NCBI GenBank assembly: GCA_963727895.1
Contig: CAVSHT010000003.1
Span: 64,001 to 128,000 of the forward strand
Length of the DNA: 64,000 nt
Reading direction: 5' to 3'
Source of the DNA: an uncultured Methanosarcinaceae archaeon
GTDB lineage: Archaea; Halobacteriota; Methanosarcinia; Methanosarcinales; Methanosarcinaceae
Under the pieces are notes generated by a model, which was given only the letters and a program-made list of their open reading frames with translations, made no database searches and was not told the origin of the DNA. This document shows, piece after piece, positions 23,253-36,280 of the stretch (position 1 is the stretch's first letter; each line of letters starts with the position of its first letter). A program made the translations under genes and the position numbers.

Positions 23253-23765
23253 GTTACTTCCTCTAATTTAGTAATGAAAATGTATTACATAAATTTAACT
23301 AAATCTTCCTATTATAGTTATATATTGAATATTTTTTCTTTATATTGTATGATTTATCATGAACTAATTGAAAAATAAACTTATTATTTTAATTTTTTAT
23401 TTTACAAAAATAATATAATTAATTAACAGTGTTTACTAATCTTTATTTAAAATAACACTTTTATATAATTACATCCTACAATATTTCCCTGAATCACTAT
23501 CCATAAAACTCACGCATTTGAAGTATAAAATCAAGAACAATCAGCGTTGTTACTGGCTCCATATTTTGAACAGTTTAAGGTTTAATGCTATTGGTTTCTT
23601 AGCTCAATTGCGTTCAGTCCGAATCCATTTATTTACAGTCTACTCGAACCAGAGATTTTTGAAACAAATCTTTTGTCTCACATTTTCTTGGTTTAATCCA
23701 GTTGGAGTTTCTAGAAGTTAGAAGTAGAAAAGATTCAGTTTGAATCAATAATAAGGATAGATAGC

Positions 23766-24899
23766 ATGGAAAAAGGCAAAAGCATAATCGGGATTGATCT
23801 TGTCAACGAGGCCGAAAATTGTGAAAGAGCCTCAGACTTAATGCAAAAACCTAAAATTGAAGCCGATCGTCTTTTTAAGCTTCTCGATTCTTCGATTCAG
23901 GGTTTAAGAGAATGCAGACTTATTTCTACTGCACTTGAACTAGGGGTTTTTGAAGCTCTTAAAGTTCCTTTATCTGCAGAAACTTTGGCTGAAAAGCTTG
24001 GTTGTGATCCTGTACTTATGCCTCATTTCTGTGATGCTCTCTATAGCCTTGGGCTTCTTGATAGATTTAAAGAAGGGGAGTATGAGGAAAATGAAAATCT
24101 ACAAATGAAGGAAAATAAAGGTGCAGTATATCTTGTTTCAGAACTTAGTGCAACCTATCTTATGAAAACTTCTCCATTCTCGCAGCAGCATTACCTTAGT
24201 GAAAGATTAAGGAATATTGAGTTATGGTCTCGTCTTCCTCAGATCTTGAAGAATGGACCTGATATCGTTGAGAAAGGACCTTTTTTCGGGGAAATCATTC
24301 AAAACATGGCTGAAAATGCACGTTGTGGGGGGCTTCAGGAAACTGTCAATATTGTTATGGAAAACGTTGATTTCAAAAACATTAATAAGATGCTTGATCT
24401 TGGGGGAGGACATGGATTATATGCTATTGCTTTTTCAAAAATAAAAGAAAACCTTCAGGCTTTTGTTTTTGATTTACCCTCTGTAACGGAAAAGACAAAG
24501 CACTTTATAGAAAAATATGGAGTATCAAATGTAGATGTAATTCCAGGAGATTTTTTCAAAGATAAAATCGGGAATAGATACGATCTGATTTTCTTTTCCT
24601 TTAATCCTGGAGGAAAAGTACCTTCCCTCATACCTAAAATTGCAGAAGCATTAAATCCTGGAGGCATTTTTATAACACGGCAGGTTCCTGATGAAAAAAT
24701 GAAGTCCGATCCCCTTATAAGCCTTGACTGGAACCTCTGGACATTTGAAGATGTGAAAAAAGGAGGTTCAAGCTACAGTTTTGAGAACAGTGTTCCTTTT
24801 TTCGAATATATAGAGATGCTTGGAAATTACGGGCTTGAAGTATTCCAATCACTCGATATGAAGGGCGCATCAAGGATCGTTTTTGCACGGAAAATATAA
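23766..24899 (+). CDS. SAM-dependent O-methyltransferase with dimerisation domain
   Basis: ALELGVFEAL; MLDLGGGHG; GDFF. Confidence 0.9.
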   Translation: MEKGKSIIGIDLVNEAENCERASDLMQKPKIEADRLFKLLDSSIQGLRECRLISTALELGVFEALKVPLSAETLAEKLGCDPVLMPHFCDALYSLGLLDRFKEGEYEENENLQMKENKGAVYLVSELSATYLMKTSPFSQQHYLSERLRNIELWSRLPQILKNGPDIVEKGPFFGEIIQNMAENARCGGLQETVNIVMENVDFKNINKMLDLGGGHGLYAIAFSKIKENLQAFVFDLPSVTEKTKHFIEKYGVSNVDVIPGDFFKDKIGNRYDLIFFSFNPGGKVPSLIPKIAEALNPGGIFITRQVPDEKMKSDPLISLDWNLWTFEDVKKGGSSYSFENSVPFFEYIEMLGNYGLEVFQSLDMKGASRIVFARKI

Positions 24900-24989
24900 T
24901 TAATCTGAGTAAAATCTGGATTGAACTACAAACAAGTTAAACATTTTCGAAAATTCAGCTTGATTTATGGATAATGCATTTAAAAATAG

Positions 24990-25729
24990 GGCATTGATAC
25001 TTAAACATAGTTATATACTATTAGAAAATATATTTCTTCATGAACTGCCCCAGATGCAATAGTTCCAGTCACAAAAAGAACGGTATAGTTGGTGGGCATC
25101 AACGCTACAAATGCCATGATTGTGGCTATAACTATACAGTAGAGCTAAAATCAACTGCTTTTTCCGCCTCTGTTAAAAGACAGGCTTTACAACTTTACCT
25201 TGAAGGATTAGGCTTTCGTTCAATAGGAAGAGTTTTAGGGGTGAGTCATGTTTCTGTCCAAAGATGGATCAAGAAATTTGGTCAGGAGTTAGAGAACCTA
25301 AAAAGTGAAAATGAGATATCTATTGTTGAAATGGATGAAATGTACACTTACATTGGTAACAAAAAAAATATTGCTGGATCTGGATTGCTGTTGATAGAGA
25401 TGGGAAAAAGTTCATCAACTGCTCTTTTGATAGCAGAGGAACGGAAACTGGAAAACTACTATGGGAAAAAGTGAAGAAAAAAGAGATTGGAGAAGTGATG
25501 ACAGATCACTGGAGGGCATATGCAGAGTTTCTTCCAGAAAAGAGTCATACTCAATCAAAAGCAGAAACGTATACTGTTGAAGGATATAACAGCATATTGA
25601 GGCACTTTTTGGCAAGGTTGAGAAGAAAGACAAAGTGTTATACAAAAAGTCTTGAAATGCTAAAGTACTCGGTTATTCTATTGATGAAATACAGAAATAA
25701 AGAACTAGATATATTTAGATAACAATGCC
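24990..25729 (+). mobile_element. IS1 family element, complete (InsA 25040-25474/InsB to 25722, A8 slippage site)
   Basis: GGCATTG...CAATGCC ends; 8-bp target duplication AAAAATAG (24982-89, 25730-37); CPRC/CHDC zinc ribbon. Confidence 0.95.
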
Positions 25730-25747
25730 AAAAATAGAATGGGGTTT

Positions 25748-26572
25748 TTAATTTGATATCTCCAGACTCATATCTATCCATCTTGATTTATGGATAAGGG
25801 ACCCCATGGATATAACATCGACTCCTGTTTTTGCATAAACTTCAAGGTTTTCCTGATATATCCCACCAGAGGCTTCTACAATAACCGAGTCTCTCAGCCC
25901 TTTTTCCTTAAGGATCTCCAGTGTTTTCAGAATAGCGTCGGGTTTCATGTTGTCCAGCATTACAATATCGGCTCCGAGCTTTATAGCAATCACGGCTTCC
26001 TCTCCAGATTCAACTTCAACTTCTATTTTCCTGGTGAAGCTGCTTTTTTTCGCGGCCTCAATAGAGGCTTCTATTCCCATCAGTTTAATGTGATTATCTT
26101 TAATCATAACCGCGTCAGAAAGGTTGAACCTGTGGGTGTCTCCTCCACCTGCAGCTACAGCCAGTTTTTCGAATTTTCTTATGCCTGGAGTAGTTTTTCT
26201 AGTGCAGGCTACCCTCGTAGTCTCAGAATATTTCCGTACCATATTCACACAAGTTCTGGTAAGGGTTGCAATTCCACTTAAGTGCCCAAGAAAATTCAGA
26301 GCAAGCCTTTCTGCTCTGAGTATAGATACTGCCCCTCCTTTCAGTCTGAAAATTATTTCTCCTTCTTTGAGAGTGTCCCCGTCTTTATGGGTGGTTTCAG
26401 CTTGAATCCCAAGATAACAAAAAATTGATTCGGCTTCTTTAATCCCTGCAACAGTGCAATTTTCTTTTGTAAAAATTACGGCTTCTGTGATCATATCAGG
26501 CATAATAGTACAAGAAACGTCATCGTACCCCATATCTTCTTCCATAAAACTTTCTATTTCTTTGACAAGCAT
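25748..26572 (-). CDS. nadC: Nicotinate-nucleotide pyrophosphorylase (carboxylating)
   Basis: TRKTTPG, HRFNLSD, KDNH, EVEV, MLDN. Confidence 0.96.
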   Translation of the reverse strand: MLVKEIESFMEEDMGYDDVSCTIMPDMITEAVIFTKENCTVAGIKEAESIFCYLGIQAETTHKDGDTLKEGEIIFRLKGGAVSILRAERLALNFLGHLSGIATLTRTCVNMVRKYSETTRVACTRKTTPGIRKFEKLAVAAGGGDTHRFNLSDAVMIKDNHIKLMGIEASIEAAKKSSFTRKIEVEVESGEEAVIAIKLGADIVMLDNMKPDAILKTLEILKEKGLRDSVIVEASGGIYQENLEVYAKTGVDVISMGSLIHKSRWIDMSLEISN

Positions 26573-26914
26573 AATTTTACCCTGTATATTTCTCGAATTT
26601 ATAAGATGCGTGCTGTTATCCCTGCTAGCTTCTTTACCAAAGTTAAAGTATTAAAATACATGCAGATAAAAACCAAATCAACAGTTTTGGTTTAAAAATA
26701 ACTCTTTTCCAAGTCTTTTCTGTGAAGTGGAATATGTAGACTCAAAGTTTGAAAATTTTCATATTAAATAGTTCAGCAGAAGGTTTAAAGATGGGAACCT
26801 GAATACAGTATTCTGATTTTAGGGCTTATAAAGCCTGTTAATAAAATACGATAATCATGTAATGATAATTATGGAATAATGATACGGTTATTTATTGTTT
26901 CTCAGGAGTCTAAA

Positions 26915-27730
26915 ATGCTGAAAATAGGAATTATTGGCTGTGGATTTATTGGTGGGCAGATTTGTAAGGCTATTGAAAACGGGGCTATCGACGCAGAGCT
27001 GTATGCTATCTCGGACTTGTCAGAGAGCAGGGCTCTTAAACTGGCAGCTTCCCTGAAAAACTGTAACCCTGCCTGTATGAAGATAGAAAAATTACTTCGA
27101 AATGTTGACCTTGTTATAGAAAGTGCCTCTCAGGGCGCTGTAAGAATAGTAGTACCTCAAGCTCTTGAAGCAGGAAAGGACGTGATGGTTCTAAGTGTAG
27201 GCGCTCTTGCAGATAAAGAACTCCGAGACAAGCTCTTTAGACTTGCAAAACAGAATAACTGTCATCTCTACTTCCCATCAGGTGCAGTTGCTGGGATAGA
27301 TGGAATAAATTCCGCATCAGCAGCAGAAATATATTCAGTTACCCTTACTACCAGAAAACCGCCTGTGGGTTTTGTAGGGGCTCCACATGTCGAAGCTTTG
27401 GGAATTAAGCTTGAAGACCTCAAAAAAGAAACTCTACTATTTGAAGGTCCTGCCTCGGAAGCAGTCAAAGCTTTCCCTGCAAACGTAAACGTTGCAGCTA
27501 CAATAAGCCTTGCTGGAATCGGCTTTGAGCGAACTAAAGTAAGAGTGATTGCCGACCCAACGATCTCAAGAAATATGCACGAGATAACTGTAGAAGGTGA
27601 ATTCGGTAAATTCCTCACCAGAGTTGAAAATCTTCCCTCTCCTGAAAACCCGAAGACCAGCTATCTTGCAGCTCTTTCTGCAATTTCTACTCTTAAGAAA
27701 ATCCTGAGCCCCGTTAAGATTGGAACCTGA
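26915..27730 (+). CDS. nadX: L-aspartate dehydrogenase
   Basis: GIIGCGFIG, PSGAVAGIDG, FPANVNVAA, NPKTSYLA; between nadC and nadA; RBS AGGAG before ATG 26915. Confidence 0.93.
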   Translation: MLKIGIIGCGFIGGQICKAIENGAIDAELYAISDLSESRALKLAASLKNCNPACMKIEKLLRNVDLVIESASQGAVRIVVPQALEAGKDVMVLSVGALADKELRDKLFRLAKQNNCHLYFPSGAVAGIDGINSASAAEIYSVTLTTRKPPVGFVGAPHVEALGIKLEDLKKETLLFEGPASEAVKAFPANVNVAATISLAGIGFERTKVRVIADPTISRNMHEITVEGEFGKFLTRVENLPSPENPKTSYLAALSAISTLKKILSPVKIGT

Positions 27731-28167
27731 TCTTTTTATAAGGAGTAGAATATTACCCGCTGGATGACCCCGTTGAATGATCCATACCGAAATTTGGGTT
27801 AACCAGCTTTCCTGAATGAGCTGAAAATATATATTTTCTTGCCCTTAAATATCTCTTTTGATCAAAATAAAGAATCGAAAAAAGGACAACTTTTTCCTTA
27901 AGTGCAATTTTGCCATTCTTTTGAGACAGATCTTGGGTGATTCACAAATATTATATAGAGCAGAAGAGTTAAGCACGTAAGTTATCAGGAACAAATGGAA
28001 TGTGTGCAAAAAGAAAACGCTGTATCAAATTTACGCAGTTAAATTCTTTTTTTACGTCCAATTGCCTGTTGATATTTCTTAATATTAAATTATGATCTTA
28101 AGTTCCATCTTTAACTTCATTTCCAGATCTTAGTCCGGGTTTTATTTCAAAAACTCACGGTGTTCCC

Positions 28168-29082
28168 ATGCAGCAAGCAGAGCTTATAGAAAAGATCAAA
28201 GAACTCAAAATAAAACGAAATGCTGTTATTCTTGCTCATTACTATTCTCGTCCTGAGGTTCAGGATATCGCAGATTTTGTCGGCGATTCTCTAGGCCTAA
28301 GTCAGGAGGCAATTCGTCAGAATGCTGATGTTATTGTCTTTTGCGGTGTTCATTTTATGGGAGAAAGCGCTGCAATTCTTTGTCCTGACAAGACTGTTAT
28401 CTTACCGGAAAGCGATGCCACCTGTCCTATGGCTGAGATGGTGAATGTCGAAGGTCTTAAGAGAGAAAAAGAAAAACACCCTGATGCCCTGGTTGTCTGC
28501 TATGTTAATAGCTCAGCTGCTATTAAGGCCGAGTCTTATATTTGCTGTACATCCGCTAATGCTGTAGAGGTAGTGAATTCTCTCGAAGCCGATGAGATTA
28601 TCTTTGTGCCTGATAAAAATCTTGCAGCTTACGTTGAATCCAGAACTGATAAAAAGATTATTCCTTGGGAAGGACACTGCCCCACGCATCATCAGATTCT
28701 CAGAGAAGATGTCTTGAATATGAAAGAAAAGCATCCTGATGCTAAGTTTATTGCGCATCCGGAGTGCCGTCCTGAGGTTCTGGAACTTGCAGATCAGATA
28801 GCAAGTACTCGGGGGATGATAATGTATGCAAAAAATTCTCCTGCAAAAGAGTTTATCATAGGCACTGAATGCGGACTTCTTCATGGGCTCTATAAAGCAG
28901 CTCCAGAAAAGAAATATTATTGCATCTCTGAATTTGCTTGCTGCCCAAGCATGAAAATGATTAATCTTGAAAAAGTCCTTACATCACTTGAAAAAATGCA
29001 AAATATGGTTACCGTTCCATACGACGTGAGGATCAGAGCAAAAAAGGCACTTGACCGTATGCTTGCAGTAAAAATTGGATGA
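28168..29082 (+). CDS. nadA: Quinolinate synthase
   Basis: LAHYY, VGDSL, CGVHFM, CPMA, HPEC, CPSMK. Confidence 0.96.
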   Translation: MQQAELIEKIKELKIKRNAVILAHYYSRPEVQDIADFVGDSLGLSQEAIRQNADVIVFCGVHFMGESAAILCPDKTVILPESDATCPMAEMVNVEGLKREKEKHPDALVVCYVNSSAAIKAESYICCTSANAVEVVNSLEADEIIFVPDKNLAAYVESRTDKKIIPWEGHCPTHHQILREDVLNMKEKHPDAKFIAHPECRPEVLELADQIASTRGMIMYAKNSPAKEFIIGTECGLLHGLYKAAPEKKYYCISEFACCPSMKMINLEKVLTSLEKMQNMVTVPYDVRIRAKKALDRMLAVKIG

Positions 29083-29751
29083 ATAATCGGTAATTTAAAC
29101 TTTGTTTATTTGTTGGACTCCTTTATTTAATTGAGTCCATTCCAAAACTCAAAGTTTGTTTTCTGGATTTTTATTTTGGTTTTGAATTCTTACTTGAGTT
29201 TCTTGTCAGGAATTTGGTTCTAAAAGTTGGCTTTGTAGAAATTCTCTAAACTCTGTTTTTGAACCAACATTATGAAGTATCTGATTAAAAAAGCAGTATG
29301 GATGATATCTTGATTTTTCAAAATTTTGAACTCTTTATATTACTTTTAAACATATTATCTAATGTTCATATGGGAAAAACCATATAATTGGATCTGTATG
29401 GGGTATGAGTCAAAGGAATTTTATAGTAAAGTAATATACTTATTAAAAGGATAATATTAAGTAAAAAAAAGTTTTATTTCTTACCGTTCTTAGCTTTGAT
29501 ATATTAGGATTAACTAGTTTCAATATATAGGCGGATGTAGACAATGGTCTTGATACTCAGAGAAAAGTCTGTTTCGTTATTAAACAAACTGTGACACAAC
29601 AATTTGGGACTAAGAGTTATCTATTGAACTATGGAATAACAAATTCGATTACAACCTCTCAATTTATTCAATCGATTTTATAATTAACTGTTGATGATTT
29701 AATGAGATACCATAGATTTCTGTTCATGGATGTGTGGACGGAGGCAAAAAA

Positions 29752-31191
29752 ATGAAAGCCGATTTTTGTAATTCATTATTTTATATTCTATTGATATTGC
29801 TAATAATTCCTGGAATGACTCCCGGTCTGGCATCTGCTCTAGGGGACAGTCAAAACACAAATAGTGGATACTCAGCAGATAGTGGAAGTTCAAGTGCAGG
29901 AGATTCAATTTCGGATAATGGAAGTTCAGACTCAGGAAATTCAATTTCAGATAGTGGAAGTTCGGATACAGGAGATTCAGTTTCAGATACGGATAACAAA
30001 AGTTCTGACAATGGGGATTCAGGTTCTAATTCAGACACGGTAGATTCAGGCAATAGCTCAGACAGCGGAAGTTCATCAGACAACGGAAGTTCAGATTCCG
30101 GTTCGGATAACGGAAATTCAAGTACTAATCCAGATAATAAAAGTTCAGATTCTGATAATGGAAATTCAAGTTCTAATTCAAGCACTGTAGATTCAGGTAC
30201 CACTCCTGATAATGGAACTACAAGTTCTGATAATGGAACTACAAGTTCTAATAATGGAACTACAAGTTCTAGTGAAAATTCAGGTTCCAATTCCGTCAAA
30301 GTATATTCAGGTACTAGCTCAGACAGCGGAAGTTCAGATTCCATTTCAGATACTGGAAGCTCAGATAACTTAAGTTCTAATAGTGGAGATTCTGAGGTTC
30401 AAAACTTAGAAAATACAAGTTCAGATAATGAAAGTTCAAGTAACGAAAGCTCAGATAATGAGAATTTAAGTAGTGGAAATGACAGTTCTGATTCTTCTTC
30501 GGATAGTTCATCTTCTTCTAGCGGTTCTGGATTAGCTGTTATTTCCAGCGAGCCATCAAGTAATATTGCTGTCAAAGAATATTCGACTATGAATGTTATG
30601 TCTGGATACCCTGTCAAATTCGATTTTGTGGAAAATTCAACATGCATTACATATATCAAATTTGACCCAACAAAGACATTCAGGCAAACAACAGCAATTG
30701 TAGAAGAACTTAAAAATACATCTGCTCTTGCATCAACACCTCCCCCAGGCAAAATATACAAAAATGTAGATATCTGGGTAGGCGAAGGAGCAGGGCTTCC
30801 TTCTTCTTTAAAAGATGGAAGTGTAGGGTTTAGAGTTGAAAAGTCATGGATCAAAGAACAAAATATCAGTGATTCTCGGATAACTCTTCAAAGATATGAT
30901 AATGGATGGAAATCTCTTTCCACGGAGAAAGTAGGAGAAGACGAAAATTACGTTTACTTTGAAGCTGAAACACCTGGCTATTCGTGCTTTGCAATAACAG
31001 ATTCTACTGGGCAGAGTGAAGATGGAAACAAAACTCTGGTTGAACAGGAAATCACAAAAACTCTGAAAACCCTTGAAGCAAATAACAGTATGATACAGAA
31101 TCCAATGAGAGCAGGTAGGATAGTTATGTCTGTTTCTTTTCCACTTTTCTTGGCTATAGCTGGATATTTTGTGGTAAAGAGAAAGATCTGA
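29752..31191 (+). CDS. PGF-pre-PGF domain cell-surface protein with Ser/Asp/Gly-rich linker
   Basis: Signal peptide, low-complexity linker, F.VEKSWI...AETPGYSCFAI, C-terminal TM + KRK. Confidence 0.85.
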   Translation: MKADFCNSLFYILLILLIIPGMTPGLASALGDSQNTNSGYSADSGSSSAGDSISDNGSSDSGNSISDSGSSDTGDSVSDTDNKSSDNGDSGSNSDTVDSGNSSDSGSSSDNGSSDSGSDNGNSSTNPDNKSSDSDNGNSSSNSSTVDSGTTPDNGTTSSDNGTTSSNNGTTSSSENSGSNSVKVYSGTSSDSGSSDSISDTGSSDNLSSNSGDSEVQNLENTSSDNESSSNESSDNENLSSGNDSSDSSSDSSSSSSGSGLAVISSEPSSNIAVKEYSTMNVMSGYPVKFDFVENSTCITYIKFDPTKTFRQTTAIVEELKNTSALASTPPPGKIYKNVDIWVGEGAGLPSSLKDGSVGFRVEKSWIKEQNISDSRITLQRYDNGWKSLSTEKVGEDENYVYFEAETPGYSCFAITDSTGQSEDGNKTLVEQEITKTLKTLEANNSMIQNPMRAGRIVMSVSFPLFLAIAGYFVVKRKI

Positions 31192-31607
31192 AAATAGACT
31201 TTTAAATTAGTATGTGAGATTTTTTTCTCACCTACTTTTATGATTTCTCTTAGGTCCAAGACCAAGTTTCTCCTTAATTTAAGAAATACGGGCTGAACTT
31301 CTGAATATTAGCGTGTTACATGCAATATCAGCTTTTTCTTTTTATATTGAAATAGTATTTAAGCACATAATACTGTTTTTTGTAGAACTCATTGAGCACA
31401 ATACTCTCAAAGGTATATGATCCTGCTAGTTTTCCAGCAAGAAAATCGTACAAAAGGTACCTGTCAAGTCTATAAGAGACACAGGTTTTTCAAGATACAG
31501 TCAAATTTACAAATTGTCTATCCCATCCAGATTTGATAGTTTTTCCTTCCAGTAAATCGAATAAAAAAAGGAGAAATAAAGGTTGAAAAGAATGAACAAG
31601 TACATTC

Positions 31608-34145
31608 TTAACTTTAGACCTTTACTTCTCCTCCATTTAATACAGCTGTTTCACTTAACATTTACTTCTTTTGTCGTATTACCGTAGCTCACTACATAAG
31701 GACCTGTAGGTGCAGTCACGAATTTAGTCTGACATGAAATAGGACCTTCTGTTGAATAAGGCACTGTAAATTCATACCGACCCTGTGAATCCGCAGTGGT
31801 GGACTGTGAGTAGTCAAAAGTTTCTTCCCTGATTTGTGCGAATTGTAGTGTTTATTTTAACTGTCTCATTTGGGGAAGCTGTACCGGTTATGTTTGCACC
31901 TTTGACATACTCAAAGATCTTGACATAGCCGGTGTCCGCTAGCGGAAATATTTCCTCCAAATACGAAATCATAGATCTGTTTATACGTAGTTTCGTCGGT
32001 TTGGTAGGCCTCGGTTTCGTAAACCATACGGTACTGCTTCAAGCCGTTTCCATCAAAAATATGCAGTCTTGCCTCCATGGAATTGAAGTATCGAGTTGAA
32101 GGGATTTCCTGATACCCGTTACCTGTCCAGTAAGCTTGATAATAACCATCATTATCAAGAGTCCAGGCAGTCATTGCACTGAAAATATATCAATAGCCAT
32201 TCTGTCATCAGACATAATGTAACGTGCACCCATTTTACCTGGTCTTGGATCGATAGCTTTAACACTTACGGTTGCTTCTTTTTCGGATTGAGCCGTGAAA
32301 AAGGTAGCTGCACCAGGCTCGTTTGTCTCGTTAATACTTACTCTTCTCCCTCCTATGCCTTCCTGCATAGGATTAGCATTTGGCATTCTATGTCCAAAGA
32401 TTTCGATCCAATCACCGTAATCCCACCACGACATAACACCATATGCTGTATCAGGATAATTGAAAGTTTGTCCGTTTTTTGGAGGATCATAGATACCATT
32501 ATAGTCCATTCCAGGATCTGGAGTATTTGCACGAAGCCATTGGCACTGCTTCTATCCAAGCATCAGGAGGATCAATGGAGCCAGTTGCCTGTTGCAGTGC
32601 AGATCCATATACCGGATAAACTAAGATAACTAATATCGCCAGGACTGCAACGACTTGTTCTACTTCTCATGAACTTAAGAAAGCTTGGGATATCTGCATA
32701 TGACTTTACATTGGCTTTGAACTTTTTATCAAGTTCATTCCATTTTACCTTTTCAAGCAGAAGACCTCCTACATAGGCACTAAGAACTGAAACATTTACT
32801 GAATAGTAATATGCATAACGGTTCTGACTGAATAGTTGCATAGAAAATTAGAATACTCCATACAATAACTAATACCTCTTCAGGCTTAGGCCTTCGAATA
32901 TTGCTTCCAATTAGGATAAGTAGTCCTAGAAGAGAAGCAAAGAATGCTTGAGCAGTAAAATTAGCATAAGCCACAGATAGGGTGAAAACGCCTCCTGGAT
33001 AAAACATAGAAGACATCTTCACCAATTGTAGCTGCCCCACCGGTTGGAATTCCAAAAATTGCGTTGGGAGCATTTATTATAGTGGAATAAAGCGACGGTT
33101 CAACTAACTTAATGCTATTAATCCAATGATGCCAATTCCAATTATCACTGGTGGATAATAATGGGAATTAAATCCTTTCTTTATGAATGTTCTTTCAATA
33201 AAACTTAAGAACCGCAAAACAGATCAACTGTCCCCAAAACCACGACTATAGGGAACCAGGAGTAGTTATATATATCAAATCCAATTTGAGAGTGGACGGA
33301 GGGTAACAAAAGCACTGCACTTGGTAAAAATGTTGTTATTCCTACAATCCCAAGATAGTCACTCGACTCTTTATGTAAGTTATTACTAAAGTATTGTACT
33401 ACAGCATAAATCAGAGTGATCAATGCAAAGAGAGAACCTCCTATCCATATAAGCTGGTATACTGAATAAATAACACCAGCCATAGCAGCATATATTAAAG
33501 GTTCTTTGAGGACATTAAATTCTTTATTAAATACATGATCAAAGCTTATATTGTTCTTCTTTGCCGACATCAATGCCAGCATGAAAAACATTATGAAAAA
33601 GGTACTGAATAGAGTTTCTGCGAATGATGATGAGTAAAACCAATCATTGAACGAGCTAAAAATGCTCCAGGGGCAAAAGCCATTAAAATCGCAGCAAGTA
33701 TTCCAGTCTTATGGCCTCCAAGGTATTTTCCTATATAATAAATCGGGATAACTGTAAGAGCTCCTATTATTGAAGGAAAATATGCTGCTATAGTGTTAAC
33801 CAATTCTGAGCTAGGATGACCCAGGCCTAAAATCAGTGAAGGTATAGCTAACATGTAGTCAAATAATGGACCATAATGATTGTAAGTACCGTAAGGATAG
33901 TTAGTCCATGGGTCAAAAAACAGCCTATTGGGAAAATTTTGAAGAAGAAAATATAATAGTCGTATATGATACCAGGCATCATTGCCTACAAACCTTACAA
34001 CACCATTTGGTAAGAATACAGTGTCTGCAGGAAGTGTTTTGATTCGTAGAGATATAAAAACAGTTATTATAACAGCTAGGGTATAAGGCCAGCTGGATTT
34101 TATTTTATCTTTAAAGGATGATACAAGATGATCTTGAGAACTCAT
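31608..34145 (-). pseudogene. aglB: Oligosaccharyltransferase AglB/STT3 paralogue, many frameshifts
   Basis: Fragments carry ND.WYH, FDPWTNYPYG, WWDYG, NANP.Q.G, VPYSTEGP across at least six ORFs; 3' end approximate. Confidence 0.9.
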
Positions 34146-35448
34146 AATGATCTCTCTTACAAGGTGCATTTACATTTTTAAATCGAAATCAACCTATTTC
34201 TTGGCTTATGAAGTACAGATTTTTGTTTGAAAACCACAAATATGCAATAATAAGACAAATTTTCTCTAAAAAAGTCACAAAAATGTTTACTTCAATAACA
34301 TCAATTGTCTTTTTAATATCCTTTCACCCTTTCAATAACATGTAATACTATTATTATATACGTTTTGGAATACCTAAATTTTTGAATAAAAGCTTTTAAC
34401 ATTACATTATTATTTTATTATAATAATGGGCATAATTTTTTGGGAAATTGGTCTTGAGAAATTGGTCATATCTGAAAGTTATTGATCAACTATGAAAAAG
34501 AAGGTACATCTACATGTTTTAAAAATATTCAATAGCTTATGCCATTGCCAAAGAAGGTAACTTTAAACAATCTTTTAGAGCCTATCCGAAAAGTGATTGC
34601 ATATTAGAACCTTTACAATGATTTGATTCCAAAACTCAATATTACTTCTCAGATTTCCTATATTCTGAATAATCAATAAAGTTTCAGATCACGATACCGA
34701 ACTCTAAACAAAAATGAAAGTTAATAATTTGATAATAAATTGGTTTTGGGATAAACTTTTTAAGTGCTTTATCCTATGAACTTACTCCCCCGATACAAAA
34801 AAGTCAAACCCAATAACATAAATGATAAAATCAGGCTTTGTAGAAATTTTGTGATTTTGGAGTTCTTAGTTAGTTTGGATGACGGTATTATTTTCTTTTA
34901 CTGAAATTGCTGGTGATACTAATGCTGTAATTAGAAAAATAGTTATAAGAGCCAATAATCTAGATTTTTCCATTGTACCTACTCCATTTTATTTCTTATA
35001 ACCCTGAAGATGTCTGCTCAAATAGGTCAAACTCAAGGTAGACAATTTGTGTTTTATGGGAATGTTGTAAAACTCTACACAATGCTTTATTTCAGTTGAA
35101 TACTCGCTAGCTTAGCGTGAAAATGGAGTGCACGTCCAGTAACCTTATGGAATATGATTTTTCAATTCCATTTTTGATTTTTAACTCATCTTAAAAATCA
35201 AAATACAGACCGAAAACTAATTCTAAACAGATCGTCCAAAAAATTACTTATAGTTATAACAGAAATTTTTCTTTTTTAATTTAAAAGTCTAAATGTTTTT
35301 TCTCTAGGTTTTTGTCCTGAATAATCTCTCTGGCAGACTGTAAATATCATGGTATTCGTGAGCATCTGTGTACTCACAGTAATAAAAAAGAAACTAGAGA
35401 AAATCTCTAAATTTTTTCTATGTTTGTTGAGACTACAAGAAAATTATT

Positions 35449-35679
35449 TTATCTATGAACATGATGAGTACTTGTGCTCGAAGCTGTTAGAGCCCCCTCA
35501 CCTTCAGGCCATAAGGCGATTATTTTATCTACGGCAACATGAGTATACTTTCCATTATTATTGAGAGTAAGGACGTTATCAGCACAGGCTTCTATAGTCC
35601 CTTTGAAAACATCAGTTCCACCGCAGTAAACGTCTACAGTTTTGTTTAAATAATGTCCTGTTATGAAGCATTGGTACAT
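35449..35679 (-). CDS. Small Sm-like fold protein (MM0924-like)
   Basis: VDVYCGG...KG.IEACADNVLTL...THVAVDKIIALW; RBS GGAGG. Confidence 0.7.
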   Translation of the reverse strand: MYQCFITGHYLNKTVDVYCGGTDVFKGTIEACADNVLTLNNNGKYTHVAVDKIIALWPEGEGALTASSTSTHHVHR

Positions 35680-35742
35680 GTTTTTCCTCCATTTTCTCTT
35701 TTTAAAATACTCTATTTTTTTCTTTTTGTTTACTCTATCTAA

Positions 35743-36027
35743 TTATTCAATTTTCTCTGTTTTTTCTTTCGTGACAAAGGGCTGATTTATTTTTTCTGGC
35801 ATCCATCTTGGTCTATTTTGGGGAGCCTTGACCGTTTTTTTCCATGCCTTGTAAATATGTATCTTCTTTGTCCCACATTCTCTTAGTCTAATAATTTGTG
35901 GTTTAGATTTTGTTCCTTTTCCACGGGTCGCAACTTTTAGTGCAGCTTGACGAGGTTGTTTTCCTGTGAAAACTCCGCGTTCATTGCCATCTTCGTCCCG
36001 TAAAACAAAATTTCTCTTGTCTGGTAT
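35743..36027 (-). CDS. Chromosomal protein MC1 homologue
   Basis: RNFVLRDEDGNE.GVFTGKQPRQAALK; SD GAGGTGA precedes ATA at 36027. Confidence 0.9.
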   Translation of the reverse strand: MPDKRNFVLRDEDGNERGVFTGKQPRQAALKVATRGKGTKSKPQIIRLRECGTKKIHIYKAWKKTVKAPQNRPRWMPEKINQPFVTKEKTEKIE

Positions 36028-36280
36028 AACAGTCACCTCGAAAATCAACAGCTAGCTATTGATCCTGTTTTTAATACGCCTGGTTTTCTTTCAATAAGGT
36101 AAGAAGTGATTGATTTTTTAAAATATCAATTATTTTAGTTTTGTGAAGTTGTCGATGGTTATTTTCACAGGTTCATTTGATTGCGGTCAACATTGGTTAC
36201 GAAAACTCCACAAAACTGCATATGGAAAACTTTTGATCTGTCATATTTGAGAATTTACATGACGTACAATTTACTCTTTT

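Noticed and set aside
23271..23288. GTAAT-N8-ATTAC as a metal-regulator operator for the ABC operon
   Set aside because: Only 5-bp arms in very AT-rich DNA; not distinguishable from chance
27755..27825. Possible C/D box sRNA between nadX and nadA
   Set aside because: Boxes are degenerate and I could not identify an rRNA-complementary guide
29850..30854. Antisense ORFs over the Ser-rich gene and other shadow ORFs on strong genes
   Set aside because: Mirror frames of well-supported CDSs
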